From Chiloscyllium plagiosum (taxonomy: Eukaryota): a DNA stretch of 64,000 nt. A program made the translations under genes and the position numbers. The stretch spans positions 67,087,065-67,151,064 of the forward strand of contig NC_057719.1 in assembly GCF_004010195.1 (NCBI RefSeq), given 5' to 3'. Position 1 is the first letter of the stretch. Each line of letters opens with the position of its first letter. Below the pieces are notes generated by a model. The model did no database searches. It was not told the DNA's origin and worked only from the letters and a program-made list of their open reading frames with translations. Below, piece by piece: positions 13,097 to 24,740 of the stretch.

Positions 13097-15685
13097 ATAG
13101 AGTCATAGAGTCATAGAGATGTACAGCATGGAAACAGACCCTTCGATCCAACTCGTCCAAGCCGACAGATATTCCAATCCAATCTAGTCCCACCTGCCAG
13201 CACCCGGCCCATATCCCTCCAAACCCTTCCTATTCATACACTCATCCAGATGCCTTTTAAATGTTGCAATCATAATACCATCCACCACTTCCTCTGGCAG
13301 CTCATTCCATATACATACCACCCTCTGTGTGAAAAAGTTGTCCCTGTGGTCTCTTTTATATCTTTCCCCTCTCACCCTAAATCTATGCCCTTTAGTTCTG
13401 GACTTTCCAATCCCTGGGAAGAGACTGTGTCTATTTATCCTATCCCTCATGATTTTATAAATCTCTATAAGGTCACTCCTCAGTCTTCGATGCTCCAAGG
13501 AAGGCAGGCCCACCCTATTCAACCTCTCCCTATTGCTCAAATCCTCCAGCCCTGGCAACATCCTTGTACATCTTTTCTGAACTCTTTCAAGTTTCACAAC
13601 ATCATTCCGATAGGAAGGAGATCAGAATTGCAACATTCCAAAAGTGGCCAAACCAATGTCCTGTACAGCCGTAACATGACCTCCCAACACCTGTACTCAA
13701 TACTCTGACCCATAAAGGAAAGCATACCAAACACCTTCTTCACTATCCTATCGACCTACGACTCCACTTTCAAGGAGCTATGAATCTGTACTCAAGGTCT
13801 CTTTCTTCAGCAACACTCCCTAGGACATTACCATTAAGTGTATAAGTCCTGCTAAGATTTGCTTTCCCAAAATACAGCACCTCGCATCTCCATCTGCCAC
13901 TCCTCAGCCCATTGGCCCATCTGATCAAGGTCCCGTTGTAATCTGAGGTAATCTTCTTCACTGTCCACTGCACTTCCAATTTTGGTGTCACCTATGCAGT
14001 CCAAAGATCTGCGGGTTTTGTGAATTGGCCAAGATAAATTGCCTATATTGTTCAGGGATGTGTAGATTAGGTGTATTATTCAGGGGTAAATATAGTGTAG
14101 CTGAATGGGCCTGAGTGGGTAACTCTTCGGGGGGGTTGGTGTGGACTTGTTGGGCCGAAGGACTTGTTTCCACACTGTAGGGATTCTGATCCTGCTTCTG
14201 ATTCATCTGCAAACTTACTAACTATATCTTTTTATGCTCACATCTAAATCATCAATATAAATAATGAAAAGTAGTGGACCCAGCGCCGATCCTTGTGCCA
14301 TTCCACTGGTCACAGGCCTCCAGTCTGAAACACAATCCTCCAACACCATCCTCTGTCTTCCACCTTTGAGCGAGTTCTGTCTCCAAATGGATTTCTCCCT
14401 GTATTCCATGAGATCTAACCTTGCTAACCAGTCTCCCATGGGGAACCTTGTCGAACGCCTTACTGAAGTCCATATAAATCACATCTATCATTCTGCCCTC
14501 ATCAATCCTCTTTGTTGCTTCCTCAAAAAACTCAATCAAGTTTGTGAAACATGATTTCCCATGCATAAAGCCATGTTGACTATTGCTGATCAGTCCTTGC
14601 CTTTCCAAATAAAGTGCATCCTGTCCCTTAGGATTCCCTCCAACAACTTGCCCACCACCAATGCCAGGTTCACTGGTCTATAGTTCCCTGGCTTGTTCTT
14701 ACCACCCTTCTTAGACAGTGGCATCACGTTAGCCAACCTTCAGTCTTCCAGCACCTCACCTGTGATTATCGATGGTACAAGTATCTCAGTAAGAGGCCCA
14801 GCAATCACTTCCCTAACTTCCCCCAAGGTTCTAGGATACATCTGAACAGGTCCGGGGGATTTAACCACTTTTATGTGTTTCATAAGACCATAAGACCATA
14901 AGACCATAAGACATAGGAGTGGAAGTAAGGCCATTCGGCCCATCGAGTCCACTCCGCCATTCAGTCATGGCTGATGTGCATTTCAGCTCCACTTACCAGC
15001 ATTCTCCCCATAGCCCTTAATTCCTCGAGACAACAAGAATCTATCAATCTCGGCCTTGAAGACATTTAGCGTCCCGGCTTCCACTGCACTCCGTGGCAAT
15101 GAATTCCACAGGCCCACCACTCTCTGGCTGAAGAAATGTCTCCGCATTTCTGTTCTGAAATGACCCCCTCTAATTCTAAGGCTGTGTCCACGGGTCCTAG
15201 TCTCCTCGTTTAACTGAAACAATTTCCTAGCATCCACCTTTTCCAAGCCATGTATTATTTTGTACGTCTCTATTAAGTCTCCCCTTAATCTTCTAAACTC
15301 CAACGAATACAATCCCAGTATCCTCAGCCGTTCCTCATATGTTAGACCTGTCATTCCAGGGATCATCCATGTGAATCTCCGCTGGACACGTTCCAGTGCC
15401 AGTATGTCCTTCCTGAGGTGTGGGGACCAAAACTGGACACAGGTACTCCAAAGGGGCCTAACCAGAGCTTTATAAAGTCTTAGTAGTACATCTCTGCTTT
15501 TATATTCCAACCCTCTTGAGATAAGAGACAACCAGCACTTCCTCCTTTGTAATATGGACTTTTTTCAAGATGTCACCATCTATTTCCCTACATTCTATAT
15601 CTTTCATGTCCTTTTCCTCAGTAAACACTGACTCAAAATACGCATTTAGTAACTCCCCCATCTCCTGCGGCTCCACACAGGATTT
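13097..15685 (-). mobile_element. CR1 LINE RT/3' region with nested HE1 SINE fragment (~13990-14200, +) and a younger CR1 3' end (~14883-15531, -)
   Basis: [40 protein letters not shown] 14983-15531 is a CR1 C-terminus similar to the 8327-10040 copy, with a cataagac-repeat tail. Confidence 0.88.
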
Positions 15686-15879
15686 CTGCAAAGTGGCCTA
15701 GTTTGCGACCCAAAAATAAAACCATTGAAAGTAAGATCGAGGCAATATGATAAAACTAAATTCATGCCAAGGGGAAACATTCAGCTGAAATCCCAATGCA
15801 ATGGGAGGACTGAACATTTGGAGTTCTAGATTGTGGTTAAGCAAAATCTGCTCACTTCTTGATTGAAGTGAGCCTAAAA

Positions 15880-17950
15880 CCTTGGTGTGCTGCTTTTTTG
15901 TTATTTCCCCAGGCTCAATCTCTAAAGCACCCAAGTTCATTTCAGCCATTCTCTTCCTTTTTATATATTTAAATAAGCTCCTCACGTTCTTTTGCCAATA
16001 CTTGTTAGTTCACTTTCAAGATTTATTTTTTACATGTTTAATATTTTGTGGTCATCTTTTGTTGGATTTGAAACTTTCCTAATCTTTTGGCTTACCACAC
16101 ATCTTTTGTACATTATATGTATTTTGTTTCAATTTGATACTTTCCTTAACTTTCTTGGTTAACCATGGTTGGCTACCACTTTTTGACATACTTCTTCCTC
16201 ACTGGGAAATATGCTTGTTGTGAGTCTTAAATATTTTCTTAACAACCTGCCATTGTTCCTCAATCTTTTTTTCTCCAGCAAACTGCACTTATTTAAGTTT
16301 AACACAGTTGTTTACAATCCAAGTTTCTCACCCTCAAACTGAATGGTAAACCTTACTGTGTTGTGGTCACTGTTTCCTAGGGGATTCTTTTACTGTAAGA
16401 TAATTTATTCCATTTGCCTCATTACACCTACCAGATCTAAAATAGTCTGATCCCTGGTTGGATTCACATTTTATTGTTCTTGCAAACTGCTCCGAATACA
16501 CATAATTTCTTTCTTGTGGCTACTTTGTCAATTTGATTTGCCCAATCAACATAAAGTTTGAAGTCACCCAATATTAATGCACTGCTTTTTTTACATGCCC
16601 TCATTATCTCCTCATTTATTCCCTGTCCTACAACATCACAATTTTTAACTGTCTATAGACTACTATACCAATGTTTTCTTTTCCATGTTATTTATTTCTT
16701 CTGCAAATATGGATTCAACACTCTTTGATTTTAGATCGTTTCTTGCTAACATACTTTAATATGCATTAATAAAGCTACCTCACCTCCCTTTCCTGTCCTT
16801 TAAACAGTCACATATCCCTGAATATTCAGTTCTCAGCTTTGATCTCCTTGTAACCATGGTTCTGTAATGGTTATATCATTGTCACCATTAACCTCTAATT
16901 GTACAATTAATTCAAGTAAAGACCCACTAATTTTGACCTTTTAGCATTTCTCCTCCTTTGACCCTATTTGTTACTGTTTTTGAAGTTTGTACACTGTGTT
17001 ATGTCCTGTCCCATCTGGTATTACTATCCAAATAGCTGCCCTACAATGTAGCCACATCTCTTTGCTTTGTAAGTCCACACTTCCCCTCTCCTAAATCCTC
17101 TCATACTCTAATTACTTTGAAGCCCTCTGTACAGTCCTTGTTAGTTGTTTTGCCAGGAGACTAGTTGCAGCACGGTTCAAGTGAAGCAGTAACAGCTCCC
17201 TTCTATTCCTGTACTGGTGACAGTGCTCTATGTACTGAAACCCATTCCTCCTACACCAAACAATGAGCCACAAGTTTAACTCCTTGACTTTATTTACCCT
17301 GTGTCAGTTTGACAGTTGCTCAGATAGTAATCCCAAGACTATTATTTTTGAATTTACCTCTGTGTTTTAATATATTTTGCTCCAACTCTTAACGTTGTTG
17401 GTTTCAGTTTGAAGATAACAATTTGATCCCTCCCCATCCACTCCAAGTTCCTCTCTAGCATTGATGAGATGTTGATAACCTTGGATTTAGGCAGGCAAGT
17501 CAGGCTTTAGGATTCATGCTCAAGATGCAGAGAACTGTATTTATCCCCTAATTATATTGTTTATGTTCTTTTATACCCCAACACACTTTTTTCCTTCCCA
17601 CATATTAATGACTTCTTGTTCTACAGTGCCATTGTCAGTTCTCTCATCCTCTTTGCAGTACTCACTCTCATCCACATAACTAGCAAGAACCTTGTAACTG
17701 TTGGACAATTTCAGGGGCTGACGATCTTCCAGGTTCCCAGGCTTGCCTCACCTGCAGTCACACCCTCCTGTGCCTGACCATAGACCGAATTTGAATGATT
17801 TCCTGGACTAAAGTCTCCCAGTAATCTTCCACTTCCCAGCGCAGACTGCAGTTCCTGAAGCTGCAGACATTGTAATAGATGCTTGTGGCATGGAAGATCC
17901 TGGTGTCCAGCAGCTCTCATATTATCCATCCTGATCACTATTGTATTTTC
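15880..17950 (-). mobile_element. Old degraded CR1 5' portion (ORF1/endonuclease region)
   Basis: Resembles the block at ~30430-31340 and CR1 endonuclease-region sequence; no open frame. Confidence 0.5.
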
Positions 17951-18135
17951 TTTACTTTATTAACTAATTACTCCAGAATCCCTGCTCTTTGCACTTTATT
18001 GTATTTATTTAAAAAAACAGAATATCAATCTTAAACTTAAAAAGCTATTAAAGATAGAGTTAAAAAAAGGCTAAAGGCCAAAACACAAACTGAAGACCTT
18101 ACTTTTATTTTAAAGACTAGAAATATTCACCACCC

Positions 18136-18330
18136 TGGAATTCAGACAGCATCCGAGGAGCTTCGAAATCGAAGTTTTGGGCAAAAGCCCTTCACCTTTA
18201 TTCCTGATGAAGGGCTTTTGCCCGAAACGTTGATTTCGAAGCTCCTCGGATGCTGTCTGAACTGCTGTGCTCTTCCAGCACCACTGATCCAGAATCTGGT
18301 TTCCAGCATCTGCAGTCATTGTTTTTACCT
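18136..18330 (+). mobile_element. Short PLE-derived element with 54-bp inverted arms and hammerhead core
   Basis: 18141-18194 is inverted to 18208-18261; CTGATGA 18204-18210, GAAA 18224-18227; TSD tattcaccaccc at 18124-18135 and 18331-18342. Confidence 0.85.
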
Positions 18331-19199
18331 TATTCACCACCCCTACTAACCAATCAATTGCTCTCTCTCTAGTTGTGTCATGTTATGGGGTTGTGACTTT
18401 TATCTGCACCTTCTATCCCCTCCCACTCACTGCTTGTTCAGGAGACTTTACTTCTGGCAGTAAACCTTATGAAAAGTACCTCTTTCCCCCTCCTCCAAAT
18501 TCCCTCTGTGAACCAATTTGCCAGTTATATTCACTTGACCTTTGTCTTACTCAGACAAAGTCTTCACTTATGCTGATATGGAAATAAACACACCATAATT
18601 TGCCAGTTCTTTTGGTTTTGTGCAATCTGCTCTACTTCTAATAGTTTTACACTCCTTTCTAGAATACCTTGAGGGTTGATGAGCATCCTGGATGCTTACC
18701 TGCACTTCACGGGCAATGTTGTGAAGAATGCTAATACTCACGTGGACAGGTCTCATCTGGGATGAGGAAACACTTTGGGAACAGGCAACATTATTTGCAT
18801 GACTGTAAGTCAATCAGTATGGTGTAAACCCTCTACATCTCTGTGGTAGAGATATGTCTCTTGCAAACTAAGATCTGTATGGTACAAGCATGAACTCCAT
18901 GCAAGTCCATAGAACTCCAAGCTGATGCTCTGGCCATTAAACTTAACAACACTTTATTGGTGCAAAGGGAGCAAAGATATGAAAAATGTCTAAGAAACAA
19001 AGTTTCATGGTAATAAAACAAGTATTCCTTTGAGTGCAGTAATGCTTGTGCATCACAACTAACTATTGCTTCTGCGTGTCTGCAAATGTCCATGCAAAAT
19101 CATTAGTTTCCAAATCTAGCTGCTGTAAGGTTTTCTTTGGCCTGTTTTCTTACTACTGCCATGGCTTCTTCATCATCTTCATGATCAGTTACTCCCGTA

Positions 19200-19910
19200 G
19201 CATCTCTGTCAGACTCCTTCTATTGAATAGTGACTGTCCTGATCAGATCCTCTCTCATTGTATATCACACGAACTCCCGAAAGACCCTAGGGTGGCCACT
19301 TTTAATCCTGAAAAATGCCCGGTTTACCTTAGATTGCCCTGGAAGGGTAAGGTGTCTGAAAGATTGGAGCATCTAGTGAAGCTAGCTGTTTTATGCTGCT
19401 ACTGTTGAACAGCAGGAGAATCGACGTTTCGGGCATAAGCCCTTCATCAGGGCTAATTCCTCATAACAGGTTTATGCCCAAAACATCGATTCTTCTGCTC
19501 CTCGGATGCTGCCTGACCTGCTGTGCTTTTCCAGCACCACACTCTTGACTCTGATCTCCAGCATGTGCAGTCCTCACTTTCTACTATGTGGAACAGCAAT
19601 GCAAGTGGTGTTCGTCACTAATATGATGCTGACATGAAGTTAAAAATAACGTACAATCGCGCAAAAGAGGAACGCAGTATATTAATGTCAGTGTCTATGT
19701 TACACCAGGTATATAGGCCATATGCTGTAAAGATTGGCAGAGCATATCAAACAGCATGTTCCTTCGGCTGTTCACAATAAGCAAGGTATGGCGTCTACCC
19801 AAACAATTTAAAATTGTCAATCAGTCTTGCCCACAATGTGGCGCACTTAAATATACTGGAACCTACATATTTTAGCACTGTACATAGGCGCCTGTTCTTT
19901 GCCAGCAGAA
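19200..19910 (+). mobile_element. Old PLE fragment (GIY-YIG region) with a nested hammerhead-bearing short element at ~19411-19580
   Basis: CPVYLRLPWKGKVS..., then AVY*CQCLCYTRYIG...RLAEHIKQHVP. Confidence 0.65.
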
Positions 19911-21029
19911 AGAACAGTAATTAATTATTTTATTCAAGTCTTGTAGATTATCAGATACCATGCATATAAAGCTACACTCGTGATTGGGAGGCGGGGAGTG
20001 TTGGGTGAAAGAGAAGTTTCTAATTACAGATCCAGAATTATAACACTTCTAAGAAATGCAAAGCATTTAATTTTGGGTGTTACAAGAGACAATTTTGTTT
20101 ACTTATACAGATTTTGTCTTGGGAGTTGTGATGTGTTCATTTGCTCTCCCTAAGTACAGGCAAGAGAAAGATTCTACCTTGCTTCTTGATCTCAGTTTCT
20201 AAGATATTAGTTTATATAAATGTTACTGTTCTGAAGCCCTTCAATACTACAGTCAAAGGAAGCACCTGGAAATGTGAAGTAACAGAACATGAACTGTGAA
20301 CCTATGCCTTTTGCTCAAGATAAATGCTGAAATTTCTCATGACCAGTAGTACAAGGACTGCTGAGAGACTGAAGGATTCTTGGCTTGAAAATAAAGTTAA
20401 GTTTGTCTTTGTTGTAGAACATGAAATCATGTTGCCTCAAGCAACAGGGTCCTCCCCTCCACCGAGTACTGCCAACAGCTGGAATGCGCCAGCAAGCCAC
20501 AAACTGCACACCACTGTTCAGCTAACACACTACACTTCTTAAGAAGTCATGCCAAACTTCAGTATTGCAACCAGAGTGTTGCCAAACCGAGGAAATCTTT
20601 TCTGAGTAAAATTTCCCCAATGCTAAAAGTCAGGGTAACAGCTCCACCCCATTCCCTTTGCCTTGTTACAGTTCAAATCACATTATCTATTAATACTCTA
20701 TTTGACTCCAGGGTGAGCTTCAAACACATATTCGCTGTCACTAAGACTGCCTACTTCAACCTCTGTAATACTGGAATTCACTGCCTCACCTCCATCTTTC
20801 TGCTGCAGAATTTCTCAGCGACACCCTCAGTATCTCCAGCGCTTTCGTAAAGACGATCATGAAAAATCTTGTGACGTATTTGGATTTTGTTCAAGCCTAT
20901 TTTGATAAACGCTGGTAGATCTCACTCATTCCATCCAGTTGTTGTCATTCTGATGGACGGTGCTGGGTTTTCGGATTGGGCAGCATGAAGATGAGAAATT
21001 GGATTGGGTCAAGATGGGTTTATATTATA

Positions 21030-21350
21030 TTCTCTACAGTATGGAAACAGGCCATTTGGCCTAACAAATTCACACCAACCCTCCAAAGAGTAATCCATCC
21101 AAACCCATTCCTCTACCCTATATTTACCCCTAACTAATGCACCTGACACTATGGGCAATTTAGAACGGTCAATTCACCTAATCTGCACATCCTTGGATTG
21201 TGGGAGGAAACCAGAGCACCCGGAGGAAACCCACGCAGTTACGGGGAGAATGTGCAAATCCCACACAGTCAGTCTCCCGAGACGGGAATTGAACACTGGT
21301 CCCTGGCACTGTGAGCCAGCAGTGCTAACCACTGAGCCATCATGCTGCTC
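21030..21350 (-). mobile_element. HE1-type V-SINE
   Basis: Same sequence family as 8635-8964. Confidence 0.85.
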
Positions 21351-21359
21351 TGGTTCTCA

Positions 21360-22345
21360 GGGGTACTGGAGATATTGGTGCAGGAAAAGGAAGTGCTCCT
21401 TATTAGTCTTCTCTGTTATTAGCACACTATCTAGATAAATGGTGACATGGTGTAGACCTTGCAAAATGTACTCCATCATTTGCTGAAAAATGCAGAGGCT
21501 GACAACACCCCAAATGATGTGGAGGTGCTGGTGTTGAACTGGGGTGGACAAAGTTAAAAATCACCCAACACCAGGTTATAGTCCAACAGGTTTATTTGGA
21601 AGTATAAGCTTTCGGAGCTCTGCTCTGTGAGTGGAGCAGTATCATAGGACACAGAATTTATAGCAAAAGATCATAGTATCAGACAACTGAGGTGATATAT
21701 TGAACAAACCTAGATTGCTGTTAAGTCTTTCATCTTTTAAATTGGGTTGCAGGTTTTGGTTCATTAATATGCAAATCCCAGAACATCTCCAAGCCACATT
21801 CCCGAGATAGCTTAAGATTTTATAAAAAAAAGTGACATCTCAGCTCAGACAATGCATTAAAAGTGTGAGATTAGAGTCTGTATGTACAGTATTCCAATTT
21901 GAGTCAGACTGGTTCTGTTTCCAAAGTAGGCATTTATAAATTGTCCCATGGATTGACTGCCTGCAGATTGTGTGTTTTTTGAACAACATAGAATGTATCT
22001 GCAAATACAATTCTGCAAATGCAAATTCACCCCAAAGACTTATATGTGTTTGTGATACTATGTCTGCTGCTATGACCTTTTGTTATAAATTCTGTGCCCT
22101 ATGATCCTGCTCCACTAGCTACATGATGAAGGAGCAGTGCTCTGAAAGCTTGTACTTCCAAATAAATCTGTTGGACTATAACCTGGTGTTGTGTGACTTT
22201 TAACAATATCCCTATTGGCAGTCTCGTATATTGATACAAACCCTTATTGGTATTAATTGGAGCATACTTCTGGGAATCCTCACTTAACCACAACTGCAAA
22301 TATGCATGGCTCATGTTCAGCTTCATGAAGGACAGCTCCCCCCCA
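21360..22345 (-). mobile_element. Gypsy-type reverse transcriptase relic split by a PLE terminal-repeat element (21517-22203)
   Basis: FMKLNMSHAYLQL...INTNKGLYQYTRLP (22205-22340) continues as FGV..A..FQQMMEYILQGLHHVTIYLDSVLIT (21360-21516). Confidence 0.75.
21517..22203. mobile_element. Non-coding PLE 3'-end element with inverted termini (family of the 4856-10585 arms)
   Basis: gttaaaaatcacccaacaccaggttatagtccaacagg at ~21553 is inverted at ~22165-22204. Imperfect TSD caacaccccaaatg / caatatccctattg (10/14). Confidence 0.75.
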
Positions 22346-23285
22346 AAACCCCCTTCCCCCAACACCCCGTGTCATTTTAACCTGTCTGTATCAGGATAAA
22401 GGGACCTAATAGGGGTAGAGATATTTTTTAAAAAGAGTAAAGAGGAAAATAATAAAGTGGAAATGCAATTAATGGCTTTTTGCATGAAGTGACAAAGCAT
22501 ACACATAACTGGACATGCGGAAAATCTCAATTACATAGTCTGGCTAAGTACTATAATTTTGATTGTGGACAGAAATGGGAAAAGGACTGTTTTAAAAACC
22601 AAGGAATGTGGAAGTGGTTGCTGCCCTTTTAAAACCAAGCCACTGGCACTTGTATGTGCTGTGTACTCTGTGATTTGTTCAAACAGTGGAGGATGTTTAG
22701 CTGCAGATGACCTGGCACCAGAGAATGTGTGCAGAATGAAATTTAGCCAGCAACATGTAGCTGATTAGTATGTGGAGTAGTGACCAGTTATCAATGACAA
22801 AGGCCTTTTGCCTGCCAACAGCCATGTGATTGGCTCCCAGGTAGCTTCACAACATGGGGGTGCGATTGAGAGATTCAGAAGCCCTCCATAAAGGAAGTTG
22901 CTATCCATTTCTCTGCAGTTCACAGAAAACAAACCTGAAACCTAAAGAAGCCCAAGTTATTTTAGTTCAACTGTTGCTTTTAACCAACAAATCAGAGATC
23001 TTATAACATGCAAGCCAAGTGCTCAGTCCTTCCTGCAAGGATGTAAGAAAAATTCAGCATGAGGGCGAGATCAACAACAGCAAGTCCTGACAAACCATTT
23101 GAACTGCTTTCCCAGTTCTTCCCTCCACCAATAACTTGAATGTTTTTGTGACAGAGCGTGTGTCTGTGTGTGCATGCACATATGCATGTGGCTGGGGTGG
23201 GGGGCTCGGTCAGTGAGTGGGGGTACGTTTTATAAGGAGCTTAGCGTTTTAAATGGTAGAACTGCGTGGTAGAATTAAGTGCTAG

Positions 23286-24740
23286 GGGCGGCATGGTGGC
23301 TCAGTGGTTAGCACTGTTGCCTTACAGCACCAGGGACTTGGGTTCCATTATATCTTTGGACACCACTCCCCACCTCTTCCTCCGCTACATTGATGACTGC
23401 ATTGGCGCCATCTCATGTTCCCGCGAGGAGGTTGAGCAATTCATTAACTTCACCAACACATTCCACCCTGACCTTAAATTTACCTGGACCATCTCTGACA
23501 CCTCCCTCCCCTTCCTGGACCTCTCCACTTCCATTAATGGCGACCGACTTGACATCGACATTTTGTACAAACCCACCTACTCCCACAGCTACCTGGAAAC
23601 TACCTCCTGCAAAAATGCCATCCCGTATTCCCAATTCCTTCGCCTCCGCTGTATCTGCTCCCAGGAGGACCAGTTCCACCACAGAACACACCAGATGACC
23701 TCCTTCTTTGGAGACCGCAATTTCCCTTCCCACATGGTTAAAGATGCCCTCCAATGCATATCGCCCACATCCCGCACCTCTGCCCTCAGACCCCACCCCA
23801 ACTGTAACAAGGACAGAACGCCCCTGATGCTCACCTTCCACCCGACCAACCTTCGCATAAACCAAATCATCCGCCGACATTTCCGCCACCTCCAAACGAA
23901 TCCCACCACCAGGGATATATTTCCCTTTCCACCCCTTTCTGCCTTCCGCAAAGACTATTTCCTCTGTGACTACCTGGTCAGGTCCACACCCCCCCATCCT
24001 GACACCTTACCCTGCCACCACAGGAATTGCAAAATCTGCGCCCACACCTCCTCCCTCACCTCCATCCAAGGCCCTAAAGGAGCCTTCCACATCCATCAAA
24101 GTTTTACCTGCACATCCACTAATATCATTTATTGTATCCGTTGCTCCCGATGCGGTCTCCTCTACATTGGGGAGACTGGATGTCTCCTAGCAGAACGCTT
24201 TAGGGAACATCTCTGGGACACCTGCACCAATCAACCACACCACCCTGTGGCCCAACATTTCAACTCCCCCTCCCACTCTGCCGAGGACATGGAGGTCCTG
24301 GGCCTCCCTCACCACCTGACATGGAGGTCCTGGGCCTCCCTCACCACCAGAACGCCTCATCTTCCGTCTCGGAACACTTCAACCCCAGGGCATCAGGTGG
24401 ACTTCCAACAGCTTCCTCATTCCCCCTGATGAAGGGCTTTTGCCCAAAACGTTGATTTTCCTGCTCCTTGGATGCTGTCTGAACTGCTGTGCTTTTCCAG
24501 CGCCACTAATCCAGAAGCGCGACTGTCTGTGTAGAGTTTGCACATTCTCCCTGTTTCTGCATGAGTTTCCTCCCACAATCCAAAGATGTCCAGGTTAGGC
24601 GGATCAGCTATGCTAAATTGCCCATAGTGTTCAGGGATGTGTAGATCAGGTGCATTAGTCAGGGTGAAATATAGGGTAATAGGGTAGTGGAATGAGTCTG
24701 GGTGGGTTACTCAGCAGAGGGTTGATATGGACTTGTTGGG
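23286..24740 (+). mobile_element. HE1-type SINE split into ~23286-23349 and ~24518-24740 by a PLE insertion
   Basis: tRNA head gggcggcatggtggctcagtggttagc...gggttcca, with the V-domain resuming after 24518. Confidence 0.8.
23350..24516 (+). mobile_element. 5'-truncated Penelope-like element: RT C-terminal half + GIY-YIG endonuclease + 3' hammerhead tail
   Basis: ORF 23266-24429 contains LRYIDDC, LPFLD, AIPYSQFLRLRCICS and IIYCIRCSRCGLLYIGETG...RFREH; CTGATGAagggcttttgccc begins at 24426. Confidence 0.9.

Noticed and set aside
18560..19200. Possible coding relic on the minus strand (ORFs 18568-18813, 18833-19093)
   Set aside because: Faintly retrotransposon-like, but with many stops and no diagnostic motif or splice structure.
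23266..24429. 387-aa ORF as a host gene
   Set aside because: Its N-terminus is read through a SINE head and the rest is a truncated PLE RT/GIY-YIG with a scrambled end.
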